64,000 nucleotides of DNA. It comes from Ramazzottius varieornatus (taxonomy: Eukaryota > Animalia > Tardigrada). The notes below the pieces were generated by a model, which searched no databases, had not been told where the DNA came from, and saw nothing but the letters and a program-made list of their open reading frames with translations. Below, piece after piece: positions 25,341-36,843 of this stretch. Within the stretch, counting starts at the first letter, position 1. Each line of letters begins with the position of its first letter. A program made the translations under genes and the position numbers. The stretch lies in NCBI GenBank assembly GCA_001949185.1, contig BDGG01000004.1:3293267-3357266 (forward strand), in the 5' to 3' direction.

Positions 25341-27646
25341 TCAGTTCTTCCTGAATCTGCGCCAAGAGACTTTCTGCAAAAAACAGAAGGACCGTGTAAA
25401 GTTGTAAGGCAGGATGACATGCATATGGAAGCTTAACGTACTTGACAGCGCTCAGATGGTGGCAGCAGAACGGCAACTGGCAGCATGCTCGGCCGTCCAT
25501 GCGCGCACTGAAAAGGTAATGACGTACGTTGCCCCGCCGTGAGGAATTGGCCAACTTCTGCCTCGGGAATCTTATCGCCAAACATGATCGCACCTGCATC
25601 ACAAACAGTTGTAAGTAGGCTCCGAAGGTAATATAGTACAACTAGGGTGAGGAATTAAAAGCCGTAATTACCTCGACAAGCTGCAGTGGCGACCCAGTCC
25701 ATAATGATTGGCGGCACTATCGGTGCTACTGCAGAAGCCTCGGTGAAAATCTGTTCAAGAAAGAACACAGTAGACACTTGAATACTAAATCTGAAATCTA
25801 AGGTCGAAACAGTAAATAAGAAAACTGAAAGATGTACAGTACTTGGATGGCCTCTTGAACGAAAACTGAGATGTCGTTCCGCAGAGAGTTTCGGTCGAGG
25901 TCCCTTAGGTGCTTGTCTTTGAGAACGAATGGAACGTGCGTTACACTCATCGCTTTTTCGTTCAGAGAGAACTGTAGACCGAGCCGCAAGAACTGTTCTT
26001 CGAACTGAGAAACTTGGAAAAGAAGGTCTACCGGCAGCTCAACCTGCAAGCTGGGTATGACCAAGCCGGGTCTCAGCCAGCCATGCCCATCACGAATTCC
26101 TAAAGCTCTCTTTAGGATAAGTACCGATAAAATAATGCAATCAAATACAGCTAGCATACCTTTCCACAACTCTTCCAGGCGAATCCGTTCGTGTAAAGCA
26201 TGCTGGTCAATGAGGGATACTATCTCGTTCTCTGCAAAACACCACAGAATTGATTGTTTACAAGCAAAAGCCGACTATTAACACGTTCTCTGGGCGTTTG
26301 CGATTCGCAGTGATATCATGGCCAAAAAACATCGACGGATACCTTCCTTTGCCCGCAAACGACAGACCAGAAACGAATCCATGAACGATCCAAGGTACTA
26401 CACGAAAGAATATGGGTATCGGCAGCCCATTTTTGGGCATAACTTTTTTAGCTCCGATCCGCCCTTTTTCGACATGAAATTGTAAGCAATAGTATAGAGA
26501 TTGCGAGCGAAAGCGCACTAGCACAATTCGATACGCAGAGGAACATCGTGACGTTAGGACCCCGCATGAGAAGTCTTCTGGCTTGTCCGGCAATCAACAC
26601 TACTTGATTTACTTTCTACAAGACTTCCCATGCGAGGTTCAGGCCCCCTAACATCTGCAATCTCGCTCACTGAAGTCTTCTGGACCCCGCGCCAACCCCT
26701 GTACACCAAGTTGAATCAGAATTTCAACTTTGCCCTTGGGGTCCTAAAACTGTGAAGTCGATTCCTGAACAATTTGATCGGCGATCGTTATGCCCAAAAA
26801 TGGGGTCGCCGATACCCACATATTACAAACAAGTAATTCTTAGATAAAGAAACGATAGGCGTTCTCACTGTAAATTCTAATCTCATGCGAGGGCTTACAG
26901 TGAGATGTCTGTGTAAGCTTTCCAAGACCTACTGTGCCGCTCGAAGAGTCGAGTTGGGATGCCTCAATTTTGACAGGGAATGGGTTCACAGTACTTAAAT
27001 TCTGCAAAGTCGATCGGCGTGGAAGTCGGAAAATTAAACGTACATGCAAAGTTTCCTTTGTGCGAAGCTCGCTCATGATGACTGCATCTTCTCAAGAGCT
27101 TACCGATTGCGGCAGACGATCGAGAACAGTTTCCTGGTCGAAAAGCGGTCGGATATCCCGGCAGCAGTCCTCGGTTGTTGAAACTATTTGTGCAGAAGCA
27201 AAAAATGCTTATAACATTGTCGTTACAAGTGCAATCTGAACAGTTTACTGACAGGCTTACAGCAAGGTACTTGGGATAATCGTTTGGTCGCTCCAGCAGA
27301 GCTTGTGCTGGTGGCGGGGATCAACAGGTTTGGCGTCTTGAGTTCCGACTTGCAGGTGAAGACCTTCGTCCGAAAAGCACCCGATTGTACCGGATCGGAC
27401 CTAAGCGTTCAGGTAGATGATCAAAGTACTTACCTGAGAATCGCGGGAGACGTTTGCGTACACAGTGAGCTCAAGAGGTCCACCATCTGCGGAGCTGTCT
27501 ATCCAGATGGCTTGTTCTTTTGTTTCAAGGTGATGGATGTCTTGGTCAGTCCGCAGAGATGAGCAGTTTCCTGACAGGAGATCAACTAACACAGGTACAC
27601 CATTTTTCCACATCACCAACAAGCTCTGAGGTAGGGTAGAATTCAT
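25341..27646 (-). CDS. MLH3: MLH3-like protein, linker plus C-terminal endonuclease domain only (~370 aa)
   Basis: About ten exons join in phase: ..WKNGVPVLVDLLSGNCS.., NLSTVNPFPVKIEASQLDSSSGT|YLGSFMDSFLVCRL, SLIDQHALHERIRLEEL (DQHA-x2-E-x4-E), MDWVATAACRGAIMFGD, SLPFQCAHGRPSMLPV, KVSWRRFRKN*, followed by AATAAA. PFQCAHGRPS is the MLH3 signature. The 5' end is uncertain. Confidence 0.88.
26411..26822. mobile_element. MITE-like element (family B) with ~34 bp terminal inverted repeats, inside the 535-nt MLH3 intron (26398-26932)
   Basis: Left end TATGGGTATCGGCAGCCCATTTTTGGGCATAAC (26411-26443). Reverse complement of the right end is TATGTGGGTATCGGCGACCCCATTTTTGGGCATAAC (26787-26822). TA at the termini, no coding capacity. 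Confidence 0.75.
26493..26554 (+). repeat. Solo terminal inverted repeat of MITE family A
   Basis: TATAGAGATTGCGAGCGAAAGCGCACTAGCACAATTCG (38 nt) is identical to the reverse complement of 32362-32399, and similarity continues for ~24 more nt. Confidence 0.85.
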
Positions 27647-28329
27647 CTCGAAGGCAGTAAACTGCTCCTTCTATGTCCAACTGAACTGCCCATCCCACGT
27701 TCCGGATCTGGAAGAACATTTATTCTCGCACGGCAGTACAAGACAGGTTACTCTGATACGCAGGCTGCGCGATTCGATCCATGCACTCCTTTGACAGTCA
27801 CCTTTCGAAATCCACTACAGACAGACGAGCTCTCAGAAAAACCCTGGGATGGGCATGTGCATGCATGATGCAGAACGTTTCCTTTCTGTGATCTGACAGT
27901 GGTCAAAATTCACGAAAGTTGTACGTCACTGCGAAACTGTGACGCCATGCACCGAAACAAGAAATCAGACATCACCTGGTCCATAATACATTAATACAGT
28001 ACTGTATCATGTTGTGGCATGACATGACATATTATTGACAGTTCGGCCTGGCCTCGTTCTATTGATTGAAATTCCGATTGATTGTGCTGGTTTACGCACA
28101 GTACCGGATAACCGGAAGTCATGACTCATGACTATCTTTCCCTCTTACTGACATCCCGTAATCCAGTTCGTCCGTCGCAACTTCAGTACTCCAGCGTTTG
28201 TGCAGGAATCAGGCTCCTGAAATCGTCGTTTCTCCTCAGTGGTGACTGCGCTTCCTCTGTAAATTAGTTGCGGAGGAAACTGGACGAATCCGTGTTTCTC
28301 AGTCCATTTCCGGTTGAGCTGAAGCGTTC
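27647..28329. promoter_or_regulatory. Putative bidirectional promoter MLH3-like/SERHL
   Basis: Divergent genes. Contains CATGACATGACAT (28018-28030), ETS-like CCGGAAG (28112), GTCATGACTCATGAC and the palindrome ATACAGTACTGTAT. Confidence 0.5.
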
Positions 28330-30051
28330 ATGCATCTCAGGAATATCTGGTACCCTTTTGAATGTTGAGACGCGCAGACATGCCAGATGTTGAATGTTGA
28401 TGCTGATATTTGGGCGATTTGGTCAATTTGGTCAATTTATTAACGTTTCTGTGTATTAGGCAGTCGACGATCGTACGAAGGATGCACGGTGTCGCAGCGC
28501 CCAAACAGCTCGAATTCAGCCTACCATGGGGAATTATCGCGGCTCAAGAATGGAAAAAAGAGCAGTCGGCGAAGCAAATCCTATGTCTTCATGGCTGGCA
28601 AGACAACAGTAATACGTTCAAGAAGCTAGTACCTCTTCTGCCGGAAGACTATTGGCTGGTTGCTCTAGACTTTCCTGGTCACGGATTTAGTTCCCACCGT
28701 GTACCTGGAATGCCTTACCACGGGCCGGACTACCTTATCGACCTTAAGGCTGTCCTTGCACGTAAGAGACCTGAGCATCTCCAAAAACTATCCAGTCGTT
28801 GTCGACTTATTCTGTTGATTATAGAACTTGGCTGGAAAAACTACACCGTCATCGGCCATAGTATGGGAGCCGGAATAGCTCTTGCGGTAAGGTTCTTACC
28901 TATGGAAGAGTTTCTCTTTACTCGAGATTGGCTCCCTATACTTGTTTGCGATCTTTCAGCTTGCATCATGTTTTCCTTCGGAGGTGGACGCGCTTGTTTG
29001 CATAGACATGATCAAACCAATTTCAGCTAAAGCCGTGAGTGGGACTTGAAGACCTGAACTAGGGATCTTATCTCTCCGCCAGTTAACAGGTTTACGATTT
29101 ACGGCGCCCACAAATTTACTACCTGATTGTTTCAGGATACTTCACTTAGCGCACTCCGGAAAGGTGTTATCGCGCATCTGAATAACGATCCCTCAAAAGA
29201 CAAATCATATTCTCGAGACGAAGCCGTAGAACGGTAGTAAGCTTGCACACTGGAACTTCCCGGTTGGTTTTATCGCCTTTAGCAGTTCGTGCTCTGCAGG
29301 TGGTTCGAAGCAACGGCATACACTTTAACCAGAGAATCCGTTGAAGTTCTGATGGAAAGAGGAGTCAAGGAAGTTGAACCTGGTAAAGCTTTCGGCAGGG
29401 CACTGATCGATGTTCATTGGTTAGTCATTAGCGCTGTATTTTTCAGGAATGTTCAAATACACACGCGACCGGAGGTTACAGTTCGTAAGTGTGGCATGAA
29501 GAAGAAACAACACCCTTCGTTGTTTAAAATCGCTCCAGTTTTCGACCTTCGAAACATGATTACTGTTTTTCTTTATTACAGCCTTCCTTGTTCCGCTACA
29601 CAACGGAGCAACATCTCGATATTTTAAAGGATTTGAAGACGGATCTCTTAATAATCAAGTGAGTGAACCAGAATTAGTACGATGTACTGCTTTTGCTTCG
29701 TGTGAGTTTGCTGATGTACTGACGGGTCCCCAAACTGCCGTCAGAGCGCTAGACACTCCTCAGTTTGAGAAACCGGAAGTAGAGGAAGAATTCCTTCATC
29801 TTTACGCAAAGAACTGCAGAAGGGTAAGCCTTCGTCCACGAAGCTGACAAAACAGAGCGGTTCGGTCTTTATCAAAAGAAATGACTTTTTAGTTTTCCTT
29901 CGTCAAAGTGGACGGTACTCACCATGTTCATCTGAACACTCCCGAGCGCGTGAGCGACCTAATAATCAACTTTTTGCAAAACCGGAAGAGTACTACGGAG
30001 GTAGAGGGCGGGTGTCCGGTTTTTCCGGAGGAGAAATCCGCTGGACGATAG
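28330..30051 (+). CDS. SERHL: Serine hydrolase-like protein (SERHL/kraken family, alpha/beta hydrolase)
   Basis: LPWGIIAAQEW, LCLHGWQDNSNTF, ALDFPGHGFSSH, nucleophile elbow GHSMG, TRDRRL, DGTHHVHLNTPERV. A short first exon MHLRNIW joins in phase. Confidence 0.92.
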
Positions 30052-30272
30052 AAGTGCAGGGGTTACCGAGTGGTGCATGAATGTGATTCAGCAACCTGTG
30101 TTGATGACGTTATTATCGTAGTTTTTATTCCCTTTAGAGGTCTCAAGTTAACATAATTATTAGCTGTCCGTTGGAACATTTCTCTACTTTCGCCACTATC
30201 ATTCGAAGTGACGAGTAGTTTGGCCATCCGCTTTTTTGTGCTTATAAAATCACTGAAATTATGTCCTTCAGT

Positions 30273-31982
30273 TTATCTTTTAGTTTTATCAGATCTTTTT
30301 GCCGTAATTTTTAGAACGCTGCTTTGTACTATGTCATCAAAAGACTCCCGCTGATGCATCACCAAAATTTGCTTGATTATAATATCCAAATGCTCACCAC
30401 CTTTCAAGACATCTTCCACACTGTGAAAATTCTGATTTATTCTGTGATCAGTTATACGGTCCTGCGCGAAATTATAAGTGCGAATCTTGTCGGACCGCGC
30501 ACTTTGCTTGGCCTGTAGCTTTCTGGTTGAGCTCTGGTTTTCTGTCTGTTGATCCAGCTGGCGCTGATACAAGATCGCGGCAAGCCTATTCATAGCTCTT
30601 GCTCTGTTCTGGACCTGGTCTCGTTCTTCCTGGCACTCGACCGCAGTGTTCGTCGGGATGTGGACTACGCGAACCGCCGATTCCAGCTTGTTAACGTTCT
30701 GTCCACCTTTCCCCGTAGAACGACAGGTCTCAATACGAAGATCCTTCTTCCGAAGAACCACTTCAACCTACAAGTTCACATTCATGAGACGAAGCACTTC
30801 ATGAGACAGTTCACGTATATAAATGATATCACGCGGACTGTTCTGCTTACGTCCGACGGCTTGGGAAGAATTACGACAGAAGCGGTACTCGTATGTATGC
30901 GACCAGCCTTTTCTGTCTTCGGTGTTCGCTGGACTCTGTGTATCCCTCCTTCAAACGTGAGACTGCGGAAGGTTCCTGGACCACTAACCTCCGCTTCGGC
31001 GGACCGTATCCCTCCTACGAGCATCATTTCTATTCGTCCCATAATCATATCAACATAAGATAACGTGAGCGGGTGAAAACGAAGTAGTCTAATGCCAAGC
31101 GCATTATCCAAACTTAAGACGAGCTTCGCCACTTACCTAGGTCACTGTTGTCGATAGTCAAAGGGTTGAAAGCCCACCCACGGAAAGCGGCGTACTTCTG
31201 ATACATGTTGAACAACTCTGAAGCGAACAGCATGGCTTCTTGCCCACCGACTCCGGCACTGACTTCCAGTAGAAGGTCGGTAACATCGGAACTCTCCTCC
31301 ACGGTCAGGATATGTAGGATCTGGAAACAGGATTACACGTAAAGTTCTGGTTCAGTTCCGATACAGAGGAAGCGAAGCTAAAAATTAATGTTTACGTTAC
31401 GGTACTTGCTCGTCCAACTGTTCAATTTTCTCCTCGTTCTTACGGATGTCGTCCTGAGCCATGCTGATTATTCCCGCATCACCCAAAGCATCTAAAACAA
31501 CATTATGCACATCCCTTCATTAACTGCTGAACACATATACTGTACAGTCGAGTAACAGAGCAAGCCTAATAATTACCTTTTACCATTATATTCAGCTCGG
31601 CAATCTCAAGCAAAAGTTGCCTCCTCGACCGAAGCTTGGGTAAGGCGAGTTGCAGTCTCTTCAGCCTCATGTTCTCTTGTCCTGAAGAAGAATCGTCGTC
31701 GTGCGTATCTCGATATACTTTCTCCTTCAGGTGTTCGTATTCTTCTTCCAAGCTATCCAGGAAGCGAGTCTGCATTGCAGATGATGATGCACTTCGATAC
31801 TGTACTTGACACCGACTGACAGCTGAAGATCCTCGCCATCCCTGATAGCAACGGCCGGTTCCTCTTCTGATTCTGCCAAATGATGAGAGAAAGCTTCGGT
31901 TGATGTGGGAGAGGGGTCGAATGTTGTAACAGTATGGATATGCCCGTAGAAGAAGCGCGAAAGCGGAGCAGAAGGTAGACAT
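30273..31982 (-). CDS. MTRF1L: Mitochondrial peptide chain release factor 1 (mtRF1a)
   Basis: EVSAGVGGQEAMLF, FEGGIHRVQRTPKTEKAGRIHTS (PxT motif), catalytic GKGGQNVNK, RSDKIRTYNFAQDRITDHRI. Arg/Ser-rich presequence. Confidence 0.95.
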
Positions 31983-32208
31983 GCTGATCCCACGAACCGC
32001 GACAGTAGCGCAGAGTACAGGTACCTCGCTCCTGGAAACTGCTTCTGCTGATGGAAAGTTCGGAAAAGACACTTCCGGTGTTAGTCAGACTGGGAACACC
32101 GATGAAGAATTTTATCTACGGTTTTCCGCAAAGTCGAAATTGCGATGCGGTTTCCTCGATTCCGGAAATCAAGCGGTGACTCGTAATCAACCCGTTACCT
32201 TCAAAGAA

Positions 32209-32399
32209 TAAAGGGGTTACGAGCGAAACTGAAAGCGCACTAGCACAATTCAATACGCACAGGAACGTCGGGACATCCTTGGAACAAGTTCGTCTCATAG
32301 GCTCCGTGTTAAAAGGGTCGCACAATGTTTACATATGACGTCACAATGTTTCTATGTGTAGCGAATTGTGCTAGTGCGCTTTCGCTCGCAATCTCTATA
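32209..32399. mobile_element. MITE family A, 191 bp, ~60 bp imperfect TIRs, TA ends
   Basis: Left TAAAGGGGTTACGAGCGAAA(CTGAAA)GCGCACTAGCACAATTCAATACGCACAGGAAC versus right reverse complement TATAGAGATTGCGAGCGAAAGCGCACTAGCACAATTCGCTACACATAGAAAC. A second copy of the TIR lies at 26493. Confidence 0.85.
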
Positions 32400-32498
32400 G
32401 AATGAGATGTCCTTCACTCCTTCTCTGTTACTTGTCAGCTACCCAGCTTTCTTCTGAAGCTGAAACCCGTCAGACTCACTGCTCTCAAACACTCCGCC

Positions 32499-34146
32499 AT
32501 GCCTCCTTCATCACGGAAGTCCAGGCGGTGTGCCGAACCAGGTGCAGTACGACAGTCAAACACAGCGGAGGCAGGCTGGAAGCAGAGGATGGACGTCTTC
32601 CGGCAGAAGCTCCAGACACAGCTGAAAGTGATCTGGATGGCCAACTCGGAGCAAACGCGGGTGGACGCTGTTGAGGATATCCGACGTTCCTTTTACTCAG
32701 TAAGTGATGTCGTGCGCGGCGAAATCTTCGTTATAAGTTGTGTCTCCGGATGCACCTGTTCGCTTAGTCTGTTGAAAAGGCCTGTCCTGATTTATATGCC
32801 GACCGTTGTTTGTTATAGCTTTTTGGGAACGGACAAGAGGGAGTCCCGGAGCAAGCTTTGTGTGCTGAAATTGGCCATGTAGTCTTCTCGACAATGTCCA
32901 TTGTGATTCTTCCGGAAGCGGCCTTGCAAGTTCGTGCAAACTTGCCAGACAAAGAGTCATACGTCGAGACTATGCAGATGATGGCTCAGCTGGTCGTCAG
33001 ACTCTACGCTGGTACGGACGCAACGCGAATATCCAGGACCTCTATGTTCCATGTTCTGAGAAACTTTTCTGATGTAAGAAGTATGTTTCGTATAGTGCTC
33101 TGAAGGGATGAAATACCCTTTTTTCTCAGTGGTAATCAATCTGGTCTGTTTTCAGAATATGAACGCCTCCAGTCCTGGTGCTAGATACCGGATTGTGCAG
33201 TTCGTCAACTTGATTCTCAAAGGCTTCCTTGAAGCAGAGATTGTGTTCTCTCACGTGGGATCTAATGGTGAAAATTTCTTGAAGAAAGCCCTCTTTGATC
33301 GAACCTATGACATTAACAGCAAGGTGGCTGCAATGGCCGTGGAAACTATAGGACACTTCCAGTTTGAGGTACGGCATCCAGCATCATGCTACATTATCTT
33401 GACGTTCGTGTCGTTTTTGTCGCGTAAAATGTGCTCTCCAAAGCTCGGTGTGAACTTGGTCAATTTTTTGACAGGACGATGTGGCACAAAGAACAAGGGC
33501 GTTTAGCGGTAAGTACTTCCATCAGAGCCTACACTGCTTTGGCGTCGCCGAAGATGCAGAGATAATTGTCGCTGATGGAGTTCTTCTTTTTCCAGTGTTA
33601 TGGTTCCGAATGCAGGACCACGAGTCTCACCTGGTGCGAGCTGCAGCTACCCGAACGATCCAAGTTACGCCTCAAAGTGCACCGGCCATTGTCCGTCGGG
33701 CGTTCGACAGACATCCAGACGTTCGGGTGGCAGGCTTCGAAGTGATCTCGGACATGATCGCTGCGAAGATTGTCAAAGTCCAGCTTCGCAGTCACTTGTT
33801 GATGACAGGCTTGAACGATCAGAACGGTAAATAGCAGGTCTTATTCTTACATCACTACTAACTATAATACGACCGTAATAACGTCGCTTCTTTCTCGTAG
33901 CGTTGGTACGAGCTGCTGCGGCCACCTGTTTGCAGGTTTGGCTGAGAGATTGCAACAACGACTATGCGGGTTTAGTGAATGACGTCGGTGTGGAACCCGG
34001 GAAGCCCTTGTTCGCCAACAAGCAGATAGGGATGGAAATTTTCGACGTAGCTCAAGATGTGAAAGAAATCTGTGGGAATGGATCAGGTGTTTCTTCAACC
34101 GATACAAGGATGAGAAGTCCTAACGAAAACAATCTTCCGGCTCAAT
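32499..34146 (+). CDS. NCAPG: Condensin I subunit CAP-G-like protein, N-terminal HEAT repeats only (~390 aa)
   Basis: Six exons. NASSPGARYRIVQFVNLIL, KALFDRTYDINSKVAAMAVETIGHFQ, QDHESHLVRAAATRTIQVTPQSAPAIVRRAFDRHPDVRVAGFEVI and RSHLLMTGLNDQNALVRAAAATCLQVWL are colinear with the remembered CAP-G N-terminal region (VRFRVC..; D.S.EVRRA; R.KDV...VR; LL..GLNDR...V; W). GCCATG Kozak context. Confidence 0.8.
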
Positions 34147-34954
34147 GAAGTATCTTGTACACCCGTACCTCCTTCCGCCCGATGGTTTCACTGGTTCGTT
34201 TGATCTGTATACATGGCATTTAAGTTTGAAGTAGAAAGAAGCTTTTTCCTTTGGTACTGGTGGACCAAATGTCCAGATGTTTTGCCAAGTCAGCCAATAC
34301 TAGGCAATTCCTACATGGTTACTTTCTTGTTGCTGCTTCGTCCGGACGAAATGTCTGCCTCTTCGGATTACAAGCGGACTCGATAATGTACTTCCATTTC
34401 GTAAAGAAAATCGGTGTCTTGTACGGTTATTAGTTGTCGGCGAACCGCCGTGACCGAGGTCAACTCGCGTCTCGCGAGTCACGAGAATCTGCTCTACGAG
34501 ATCAGGTCCACAGGACGATCGCTCTCGCGAATACGTCATCCCCCATTACAGTACTAACTTAATAACACCTTACTGGTAGTATGTCATGTATTACGTTGTT
34601 GATTATACTATTTGTCATCGCCCACATTGCGGAAACGAGTTGATTGAAGCTAAAGACGTATAACTATTTGATTAAAGTGACAGGAAAAGTGAAAAGGGAT
34701 GACTTGAGTTTTCCTATAAGCCGTCTTGAATCCGACGCGGGGCCAGTCAAATTTCCTGTCCATACATAACCAATTAACTATAGTCCATAAATGACAAATC
34801 TGTATATGTCTTGATTTTCTATTGTCGTCAGGTTTAGTGGGGATTGAACTTCCAGCAAGCGATAGCTGTTGCGAACGATTCGTTTTGACTTGGCGAAGAC
34901 TTGCGGATTTCGTAGTGAAGCACCTCAAATCCGAGAAGGAGCTGCGAGAACGGA

Positions 34955-36843
34955 ATGGCCGTTCTGATAGGTAAGCTTTGCTGTTGCTGAACACTATGTA
35001 CAAAGGTGCTTTACCTATCACAGTAGCAGTACAGTAAGATTATATGATTTGCAAGCATGCAACGGAAGTCAGTTGCGGCTGCGCGGACCGGTGCGATGTC
35101 CGCGAATAGTGGATGTTAGGGATGACAATCTGCATCCGGGTGGACTAACGAGGATGCTCCGGCTGGGTGGAGTGTGCGCCAAGTGGATCCGTGCTAATAT
35201 CTGGACAAATTTTCAAGCTGGATAAATATTGGTGCCCGTAAAAAAGATGGTGCGTTACGGCAGTTTCTTTCGCTCTTCCAGGTGGAGGAAGCGGCTTCAT
35301 TGGTCGGGCTCTTGCAAAATTACTGCGTCGCGAAGGGTACTTCACGGTCTGCATTACAAGACATGGAATGGACACAACCGGAAGTAGTGCCGATGCTGAC
35401 TTTGGGAAAGTCATCTCTTGGGTATACGATGAGCTTTTATTCCCCAAAGAAATAATGAATGAAAGCTGTAGTATTGGGAGAGAAAGACATAGTACTATAT
35501 AAGGGTTTGTCGTCTAGTCCACGCTGATGGAGGAAGGCTATCCCGACTGCTCAGCGGTTATCAATCTATCGGGGGCCAACATAATGGATTTGACACGGAG
35601 GTCGGTCTGTTGTTCTGTCAGATTACTACTCTGGGAAACTCGAGGGGTGCAGTTAGGTTGACTCGTTCATTTTTTCTAGATGGACTGATCGTTACAAATA
35701 TGATATTCTAACAAGCCGAGTTAACACAACCAGGTACGTCAGTTGAATGGTTGGCACGGTTAGTCTCTTTGGGTCCCTGGCACCAGGATACCTTTGTTTA
35801 GCAGAAGATCCTTTCGATAATAGCTCATTTGAAATGCAGAGAGATAACCTAATTCCGCAGAATCAAATTTGGGCGTCTTGCAGGTCTATTGTGGAGATGA
35901 TCAAAGATGGAAGACTGAGGCCCAAAGTTTTCGTCACGGCAAGCGGCGTGGGTAAGTCAGCGCCTTCCTTATCCTAACAGTTCAAATTCGCTGGCAATGC
36001 CGGTACGTCGCATATAAATTAAGAGTTCCCTTCGCGAAACCATAAGTTGATATGTGCATTAGGCTTTTATGAACAGGATGACGTCAGGGAATATGACGAG
36101 AGCAGTCCTGGCGGCACTCATGACTTCCTGGCAAAGGTCTGCCGACTGTGGGAAGATGCCTCGGTTCTACCGAAGGACCAGAAAGTCCGCGTTGTTAATA
36201 TCCGCACTGGTGCCGTTTTAGGGCAAGGTACCAAGTGCAAGTCTCTAAAATTATTCATCCAGTGCATCAAACCGTTTTGTTCTTTCTAGGCGGCGGAGTA
36301 ATAAAGAACCTGTATTGGCCGTTCTTCTTCGGTGTCGGAGGTCCCGTAGGGAGCGGGAAGCAGCCCTTTCCCTGGATTCACCTTGAAGATATCACGCATT
36401 TGTACAAATTTGTAATGGAGAATGACAGGTATTCTCCGTGACTCGTCCAGTCGTGAAAGCCTTTAAATTAGCTTGTCGCATACAGTACTCATGAAAAATC
36501 GTCTTTGTAGGTGCAGTGGAGTGTATAATGGTAAGTCTTTCATTCCTTGGAATTGAGTTTATTCTCATGTTCCATGGTTTCTGCAGGTGTTGCACCACAG
36601 ATAATCACAAATGGTGATTTCACGCGCGCTTTTGCCAAGGCGATGAATCGACCAGCCGTCTTACCAACTCCGCCTTTCATACTGAACGCCGTCTTGAACG
36701 CTGAACGGGCGACTGTCTTAACGGAAGGACAACGAGTACATCCTAAGCGTACAGTCTTAGCGGGATACCAGTTTCTCTTTCCAGATGTAGATTCAGCCTG
36801 TAAAGATGTGGTTTCCGGGAGGAGAGATAACCGTGACGGGTAA
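34955..36843 (+). CDS. SDR39U1: Epimerase family protein SDR39U1
   Basis: MAVLI|GGGSGFIGRAL (Rossmann GxxGxxG), VINLSGANI, SRVNTT, CRLWE, RVVNIRTGAVLG, GGPVGSGKQPFPWIHLED, GVYNGVAP, EGQRVHPKR. Confidence 0.95.
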
